Position numbers and translations under genes: made by a program. Below are positions 55,101 to 61,528 of a stretch of DNA of 64,000 bases, in pieces (position 1 is the stretch's first letter; the number at the start of each line of letters is the position of its first letter). The DNA comes from Eledone cirrhosa (lineage: Eukaryota). The notes under the pieces are model-generated. The model saw nothing but the letters and a program-made list of their open reading frames with translations. It did no database searches and had not been told where the DNA came from. Location: contig OZ024744.1 in the NCBI GenBank assembly GCA_964016885.1, positions 29,574,001 through 29,638,000 on the forward strand. Reading direction: 5' to 3'.

Positions 55101-56569
55101 GGAGTGTCTTATACAGATGGTGTCACTGGTGGAGGACCATGACGTGGAGTGACTGATATAGATGGTGTCACTGGTGGAGGACATGACGTCGAGCGTCTTA
55201 TATAGATGTTGTCACTGGTGGAGGACCATGACGTGTCTTATATAGATGGTGTCACTGGTGGAGGGCCATGACTTGAGTGTCTTATATAGATGGTGTCACT
55301 GGTGGAAGACCATGACGTGTCTTATATAGATGTTGTCAATGGTGGAGGACCATGACGTGGAGTGTCTTATACATATGGTGTCACTGGTGGAGGTCCATGA
55401 CGTGGAGTGTCTTATACAGATTGCGTCACTGGTGGAGGACCATGACGTGGAGTGTCTTATACATATGGTGTCACCGGTGGAGGTCCATGACGTGGAGTGT
55501 CTTATACAGATTGCGTCACTGGTGGAGGACCATGACGTGGAGTGTCTTATACAGATGGTGTCACTGGTGGAGGTCCATGACGTGGAGTGTCTTATACAGA
55601 TTGTGTCACTGGTGGAGGACCATGACATGTCTTATACAGATTGCGTCACTGGTGGAGGACCATGACGTGGAGTGTCTTATACAGATTGCGTCACTGGTGG
55701 AGGACCATGACGTGGAGTGTCTTATACAGATTGCGTCACTGGTGGAGGACCATGACGTGGAGTGTCTTATACAGATGGTGTCACTGGTGGAGGTCCATGA
55801 CGTGGAGTGTCTTATACAGATGGTGTCACTGGTGGAGGACCATGACATGTCTTATACAGATTGCGTCACTGGTGGAGGACATGACGTGGAGTGTCTTATA
55901 CAGATTGTGTAACTGGTGGAGGACCATGACATGTCTTATACAGATTGCGTCACTGGTGGAGGACATGACGTGGAGTGTCTTATACAGATGGTGTCATTGG
56001 TGGAGGACCATGACGTGGAGTGTCTTATACAGATTGCGTCACTGGTGGAGGACCATGACGTGGAGTGTCTTATACAGATGGTGTCATTGGTGGAGGACCA
56101 TGACGTGGAGTGTCTTATACAGATTGCGTCACTGGTGGAGGACCATGACGTGGAGTGTCTTATACAGATGGTGTCACTGGTGGAGGACCATGACGTGGAG
56201 TGTCTTATACAGATGGTGTCACTGGTGGAGGTCCATGACGTGGAGTGTCTTATACAGATTGTGTCACTGGTGGAGGACCATGACGTGGAGTGTCTTATAC
56301 AGATGGTGTCACTGGTGGAGGACATGACGTGGAGTGTCTTATACAGATGGTGTCACTGGTGGAGGACATGACGTGGAGTGTCTTATACAGATGGTGTCAC
56401 TGGCGGAGGACCATGACGTGTCGTATATAGATGGTGTCACTGGTGGAGGACCATGACGTGTCTTCTATAATTGTTGTCAATGGTGGAGGGCCATGACGTG
56501 TCTTATACAGACTCCTCCACTGCATCCAACCTTTCTCTTCTCATCGTTACTTAACATTTTTATGTACAA

Positions 56570-56570
<1 letters not shown>

Positions 56571-56628
<58 letters not shown>
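56571..56628. repeat. (TA)n microsatellite, followed by degenerate TACA/CATA repeats to about 56706
   Basis: About 29 TA units with one CA interruption, 60 bp beyond the satellite end. Confidence 0.97.
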
Positions 56629-56630
<2 letters not shown>

Positions 56631-56991
56631 CATGTATACGTACATACAAATATGTATACAGACGTACAGTAGTATGTATATGCATACATATATGCAGACA
56701 CACACATGTAAGTATGATTTTACCGAACATTTATTATAATGTTCGATTTGTTTGTAAACAAACAGCCAGAATTAAACCGTACTGTGTTCGGCAACCATTG
56801 TTGCCGTTTTGTTCAACACTGAGAAATGAATGATGAACTAGCGTCTAGCTTATTAGCTGTCATCAGCACTGTATACCTTCCTGTCAGTCGATTGAACGTG
56901 TCAAAAGTATATACTTTACTTATGCATATTAACGGCTAAACAGCCTAATTTGCTTATCGAATGAGTTAGTCGGCCGGGCGTACCGAAAACG

Positions 56992-57112
56992 ATAAATGGA
57001 AAAAATGAAATTTCATTTCTCGCCCATAGTACGGCTGATACTTAATACATACTTATAATTAAGTATCAGCCGTATTAAGAGTGAGAAATGAAATTTCATT
57101 TTTTCCATTTAT
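56992..57112. repeat. Long inverted repeat (55-bp arms, 11-bp spacer)
   Basis: Left arm 56992-57046 ATAAATGGAAAAAATGAAATTTCATTTCTCGCCCATAGTACGGCTGATACTTAAT matches the reverse complement of 57058-57112 at 51/55 positions. The right arm runs directly into a (TA)n tract (about 57113-57135). Confidence 0.95.
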
Positions 57113-57303
57113 ACATATATATATATATATATATATTTATTAAAATAACAGATTAAAGTTTAAGCAAAGAATCGCTGCTTTCACCCTTAACGGGATCTTC
57201 TGAAACTAATCTTTCAATATTTGCTCTACGGTTCTTATATATTTGATATATATCTATCCTTATCGAGCCCTCTTTGGATTTTAGTCTTCAAACTTATTAT
57301 TAT

Positions 57304-57306
<3 letters not shown>

Positions 57307-57340
<34 letters not shown>
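57307..57340. repeat. (TA)17 microsatellite
   Basis: Perfect TA run; a T-run/G-run follows at 57382-57412. Confidence 0.97.
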
Positions 57341-57347
<7 letters not shown>

Positions 57348-57430
57348 TCGTATTGCAAACATTAAATAATTCAAGGGTGTCTTTTTTTCTTTTTTTTTTT
57401 TGGGGGGGGGGGTATTTTTAATGAATTAAG

Positions 57431-57520
57431 GTGAAATAAAGAGTCGTGCTCAAGGACCCAACGCAACAACTGGTTCGGTAATCGAACTCATAACCTTACG
57501 ATCGTCTGGCCACTATCCCA
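57431..57520 (-). mobile_element. tRNA-derived SINE remnant with CORE-like segment
   Basis: Minus strand reads ...ACGATCGTAAGGTTATGAGTTCGATTACCGAACC...GCGTTGGGTCCTTGAGCACGACTCTTTATTTCAC. It has a Pol III B-box (GAGTTCGATTACC, 57477-57489) followed by a segment resembling the CORE-SINE motif TGTGNCCTTGRGCAAG. Confidence 0.65.
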
Positions 57521-57607
57521 AACATTGATGGAAATCATCCGGAAAATATGTATTCTCTACTATGTATTGAGTACCTTACTTATTGTGGCTACTCTGATTG
57601 AACCCGG

Positions 57608-57689
57608 CACACACACCCACATATATATATACATACATACATATATACCTATGTAATACATAGTCATACACGCGTGCACACACACAAAC

Positions 57690-57732
<43 letters not shown>
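57608..57732. repeat. Compound (CA)n/(TA)n/(CATA)n/(TG)n microsatellite
   Basis: Alternating purine-pyrimidine tracts; 57677-57720 is CACACACACAAACA-(TA)8-(TG)n, which is nearly self-complementary. Confidence 0.95.
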
Positions 57733-57733
<1 letters not shown>

Positions 57734-58556
57734 TGTTAATGAGTATTTCAGGTATATAAGAATATACGAACATATGTGTATGTGTATATAATATTTTCTA
57801 AACAAACAGGCCGACATATGTAGCGACACCTGGCCTAAATGCAATATTTGTTGACTCCCCACCAAGAATTAACACATTCCTGCTGTCATTTGGAATACCA
57901 GAATCACGGCGAATAGTCTGAGATTGAGGTGAAGAATCCTGCTTAATTTTAATTGGGTATTTTTAGACGCTGACTTTATGAAACTCCCAGGTTGTTAGAA
58001 AATTCCAAAGTATGTTAAAACTAAAAAGAAAGAAAAAAAACTAACAGAAAACACATATACCCCCCGCCCCACACACACACACCAACTATATTTGTCGTGT
58101 GTCACTCTATTGTTGTTGTTGTTTAGCCCACGGTAAGTATTGATTGATCTGGCTTATGGTCAAACGTTTTCTCGCAGGTGCTGGGAGCTGGTCATCCGGT
58201 CATTTATTTTTTAAATGTAGTGTTGGTATGTCTAAATTGCCTACAATGTTCTTGAAATATAACCTGTGATGTGATAATGAAACAGTATCAAATTATAACA
58301 GTGCAGTGATTTTCTCACGATGACCATAATTACTTGATACACCACTTCAATTACTCCTTTTCTAGTGGTCAGAGGCCTGTTTAATTTATGGTACAATTGT
58401 TTCATAAAATCTACAGTTTGACAAATGCGTCCAAACACGGAAGAGCCAAACTCCCACTGTCATCGCCTCCATCTCTCTCGCCCTCCCCATCGCTCTGTAT
58501 TATGAACAAATGGGTTCCCACAAGCTGGCCTCCCCACAGCCGCGGTGTGCAGAAAG

Positions 58557-58613
58557 GAGAAAGCGTTTCCCCGGAGGATGGTAACGGAGATGCGCTGAAA
58601 GAGGCATTCCATC
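58557..58613. repeat. Dispersed repeat, copy 1 (partner at 59871-59920)
   Basis: GAGAAAGCGTTTCCCCGGAGGATGGTAACGGAGATGCGCTGAAA (58557-58600) matches 59871-59914 at 38/44; both are followed shortly by TCCATC. Confidence 0.85.
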
Positions 58614-58836
58614 TCGCGAGGTCACACCTGCGGCTGCCCAGATCCACGCCTATGGTGGTTAGTAGAGAAGTAGCCCTAGAATCAAGGACACGAGAAGTCT
58701 CCACTGTTAAGGGCATGACCGCAAACATGTCGGAGAGCGTTTTCTCTGTTGTTGGTTGATGGTTGCGGCTGGATCTCATCATTTTATAATAGGTCTGTTA
58801 TATCATGACTGACATGGAGATGTACAACATAAGGTG

Positions 58837-58947
58837 GAGATGGTCACGACTGGGACATATCATTATATCATAGGTCTGCTTGAACAGGATTAACTTGAAC
58901 CTGTTCCAGCAAATTTATGATCATGGTGTTCCGACCATGACCATCTC
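58837..58947. repeat. Imperfect inverted repeat formed by two opposed copies of a short dispersed element
   Basis: GAGATGGTCA...ATCATAGGTCTGCTTGAACAGG (58837-58888) pairs with CCTGTTCCAGCAAATTTATGAT...TGACCATCTC (58900-58947) across an 11-nt spacer. Confidence 0.75.
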
Positions 58948-59164
58948 ATTCTTTTATTTAGATGTGATAATGGCTCTTCTATCGGTTTCGATGATCAACA
59001 TGCAATGTTCAGTTCAATCAACTGAACGGCCATCTCATGAATTTACATATAGTTAGTTCAATATTCTAGAGACACGTGTCCATAAGGAAATTCTCAGGGA
59101 GAACCAGCATAATACAATATGTAGCAAGCGTGGACTTATGAATTATAGGTGCAATCTATCAAAT

Positions 59165-59285
59165 TGCTCCTCCACACAGTTTCCGTCTACCTAATTTCAC
59201 CTACAAGGTAACCTAAAACTATTGTAAAGACCCATGCCCAAGACTCCATGGTTGTAGTGGGATTGATCCCAGGACCTAATGATTG
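59165..59285 (-). mobile_element. Decayed tRNA/CORE-type SINE remnant
   Basis: Minus strand has a B-box-like GGGATCAATCCC (59259-59270), then GTCTTGGGCATG (CORE-like CCTTGGGCAAG), then ...GTAGACGGAAACTGTGTGGAG. Boundaries approximate; family assignment from motif resemblance only. Confidence 0.5.
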
Positions 59286-59382
59286 TATCCTTCTCTGGAA
59301 GTAATCTACTGTGCTCACACCCGGCGAGGGTGCGGCTCCGCCAGGTTTAAAAGCCCCATGAAACACTGTATGTCACTACGTC

Positions 59383-59698
59383 TAGGACCGGATTTAATGG
59401 GGGGGGGGGGGGGGCAGACAAAAGGGGTAATTACCCTGGGACTAGGAGGCCCCACCAGCGACAGCCGTAGTAATTTATTTGTGCCTCAGCTGGGCTTTTT
59501 AGTTTTAGGATAGTTAGATTTTTTTAATTCAATACCTGTATGTATAACATTTCAATTCCAATTACCTGCGCCAAGCTAACTTTGATATGTAAAATTGGGG
59601 TGTTGCTGAGTTTTCTATTTTTTTGTGTATGACCCCTACAAAAAAAAACAAAAAAACTTGACGTGCCCCGGGCTCCCTAAGGTGTAAATCCAGCTCTG
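59383..59698. mobile_element. Non-autonomous hAT-type DNA transposon (MITE), 316 bp
   Basis: Imperfect 14-bp TIRs TAGGACCGGATTTA (59383-59396) and TAAATCCAGCTCTG (59685-59698), both close to the hAT-type end CAGGGCCGGATTTA. Flanking 8-mers ACTACGTC (59375-59382) and ACTTCGCC (59699-59706) match 6/8, consistent with an aged 8-bp TSD. No coding capacity. Confidence 0.75.
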
Positions 59699-59870
59699 AC
59701 TTCGCCGGGAGTTACAAAACTAAGAAAAAAAAGTATAATGGTATTTATATGAAACTCAAACAACGCTACCCAAATGGTATGGGTCCAACGGTGTTGGGGA
59801 AGGGGACGCTCTCTTGCGTGGCAGAGCCCCAGGTAGTAATCACCTCATGGTCAGAGCGGAGGACAGAATT

Positions 59871-59920
59871 GAGAAAGCGTTTCTCCAGAAGATGGTAAGG
59901 GAGACGCGTTGAAATCCATC
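59871..59920. repeat. Dispersed repeat, copy 2 (partner at 58557-58613)
   Basis: GAGAAAGCGTTTCTCCAGAAGATGGTAAGGGAGACGCGTTGAAATCCATC; 38/44 identical to 58557-58600, same orientation. Confidence 0.85.
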
Positions 59921-60141
59921 AACTTGTGATCAAAGGTTCTCCAGCTGTGACCATCTCATATATGCCTTAATTTAGGTATAGTGTTTCGCGGACTACATTA
60001 TTTAATGAGTTCTTTATTGTTGTTATTGCTGATGACACTTTTGTTGTATCGGCCCCAGTCAACCTTCATTAAAGAGATATCATCAAATGTGTTCTTGTTA
60101 GAGCCGGTCATAGGAATGATGTCATCTAGATATCTATATCT

Positions 60142-60862
60142 ATGGCACTACGAATGCGCTCAGGCGCTCACAGTCCTCTACTAAGCTGAAACGGCAATCA
60201 GCGAAGACTCCACGTCAATATTCTGTAGGGGATTAGAGGAGTATAAGTGCGACGACATTCTCGGGGAAACTCTAGGCATCGAAGAGGACGAACTGGCCAG
60301 TCTGTTCTGGAGGACTTTCCGTCCAGGGCCTATGGATAACTTCCAGAGGTCTCTGATCTGGCAAGGCTACCGAGGAGCTCTACCAGTTGGAGACAAGATC
60401 TACAGACAAGGGCGCCCTGGCAGAGATCCTGCCAAAAGGACCTGTCCAAGATGCGAGAGGGACATTGAAACCGTTCTGCATGCAATTGTTCAGTGCCCAT
60501 GGGTGACCGAACTGTGGAATTATGTCGAACAGCTACTGTCACGTGTGGCACGCATCCAGTTGTCAGCCGAGTCCATCGTTAGGATCACCCCGCCGCCTTC
60601 ATTTAAGAATGAAGAGAAGCGGTTTTCCTCAGGCTGGTGGCTATGGCGAAAGAGGTAATATGGTGGGCGAGGTTAAAGGACTGAGGACAGACACCTTTCT
60701 CTCCGGACAACAACTCAACCCCTTCTTTAAATATTACTTCAGAAGCCGGTGAGAGTGGGGAGAGAGGTGCTGCGCTCCAGTAAATTCGCTGAAAGGTGGG
60801 TGAATGTGGTAAACATGGCCCCAGTTAATGGAGAGTCTGTGTATATAAATCTGTATGTTTAA
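60142..60862 (+). pseudogene. LINE ORF2 C-terminal fragment with zf-RVT-type zinc finger
   Basis: Frame reads WHYECAQALTVLY*AETAIS...LFWRTFRPGPMDNFQRSLIWQGYRGALPV...CPRCERDIETVLHAIVQCP (C-x2-C-x4-ET-x2-H-x4-C). After frameshifts it continues VFLRLVAMAKEVIWWARLK / GLRTDTFLSGQQLNPFFKYYFRSR / VRVGREVLRSSKFAERWVNVV...INLYV* (TAA 60860-60862). One in-frame stop and about three frameshifts. Confidence 0.85.
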
Positions 60863-61098
60863 GAAGAGAAAAGAGGGAAGACGGGAACACCTACAAAATG
60901 TGTTCCTGGTGTTGAGGGTTGTTCTAGCCCCGGGGTGTACAACAACCCCGCAGTAACGTTCTCCCTTCCTCTCCCCCTATTGGGGACTTCGATTGTTATT
61001 TTATTTTAATTTATTAATATTATAGTTTACACAATTTTTATGGAAAACTCCCGCCGTCACATCTTGTAATGTCCCTATTCTTGTACGCCCTTGTGGCA

Positions 61099-61104
61099 AA
61101 TAAA
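61099..61104 (+). terminator. Polyadenylation signal AATAAA at the 3' terminus of the truncated LINE
   Basis: AATAAA lies about 240 nt after the ORF2 stop and immediately before GATATCTATCTATCC. Confidence 0.6.
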
Positions 61105-61528
61105 GATATCTATCTATCCATTCATTAATCTAGCTGTCGTCTGTTCTACAGCGTAGATGTAATTCACTTCGCGCAGAAGTTTTGTTCCAATTTATTGCGG
61201 AAATTTTGTAAGTTCAATTTTAATTCTGATACTATTGTGTAGCTTGACCCCCCCGTCTGAACTGTAAGGCGGTGGGTCAGCTCATCTTCGCCCCTCCCAG
61301 GGGTGAAAAACCTGTTTTTAAAAATTTTGTGGCATAACATTTCAATCGTCTGACAGAAATGTTAAACGAAGCTAACGAAAATAGTGGTGGGGGGACAGCG
61401 GTAAGAGTTGTAAGCTCGCACGCTTTAATCCCCCCTTCCTTCCCAACTAACGTCATAGAGAAGGAAAATAAAATAAAATAAAAACAGACGAATGTGCGGA
61501 GAAAAATGACGAAAACACAAATCTGGAC

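Larger units (their letters stand above)
1..56511. repeat. Satellite/minisatellite tandem array, 45-bp monomer with 40/39/44-bp variants, >56 kb, continues beyond the left edge
   Basis: Consensus GACCATGACGTGGAGTGTCTTATAYAGATGGTGTCACTGGTGGAG repeats head-to-tail in one orientation from base 1 to the last partial unit ending ...CTTATACAGA at 56511. Frequent 40-mers lack 5 bp (GACCATGAC(A/G)TGTCTT...). 39-mers (GACCATGACTTGTTTATA...) and 44-mers (GGACATGACG, GCCATGACTTGAG) also occur. No unique sequence or inversion seen inside. Consensus is 16 G, 13 T, 10 A, 6 C on the + strand. Confidence 0.99.
60141..61104 (+). mobile_element. 5'-truncated non-LTR retrotransposon (L1/Tx1-type) 3' end
   Basis: Degenerate ORF2 C-terminus, about 240-nt 3' UTR and terminal AATAAA (61099-61104). 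AGATATCTAT occurs on both flanks (60128-60137 and 61104-61113), a candidate target-site duplication. Confidence 0.85.

Noticed and set aside
814-56371. About 200 short ORFs on both strands (MTWSVLYRWCHWWRT, VSLVEDHDVECLIQM, HSTSWSSTSDTIYIR repeats), superficially Trp/Cys-rich or mucin-like proteins
   Set aside because: They follow from a 45-bp stop-poor period. They overlap in several frames and both strands, are cut every few hundred bp by 40- and 44-bp units or stops, and have no unique N- or C-terminal domain. The longest is only 228 aa in 56 kb.
1-56511. CRISPR array or other repeat-spacer cassette system
   Set aside because: Units are contiguous with no unique spacers; variation is point substitution and small deletion; no cas genes; eukaryotic context.
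1-56511. Complex telomeric repeat
   Set aside because: The G-rich strand runs 5' to 3' toward the unique flank, opposite to what a chromosome end on the left would require. No TTAGGG-type repeats are seen. A subtelomeric or centromeric location cannot be judged from this window.
57431-57520. tRNA gene
   Set aside because: Only a B-box/T-arm-like part is recognisable, with no complete cloverleaf, and it runs into a CORE-like SINE body.
56477-57865. ORFs rich in YI/HT/CV dipeptides
   Set aside because: Translations of (TA)n, (CA)n and (TG)n microsatellites.
58388-58782. Two overlapping antisense 123-aa ORFs
   Set aside because: No recognisable domain. Part of the region is a dispersed repeat with a second copy at 59871-59920 where no comparable ORF is called.
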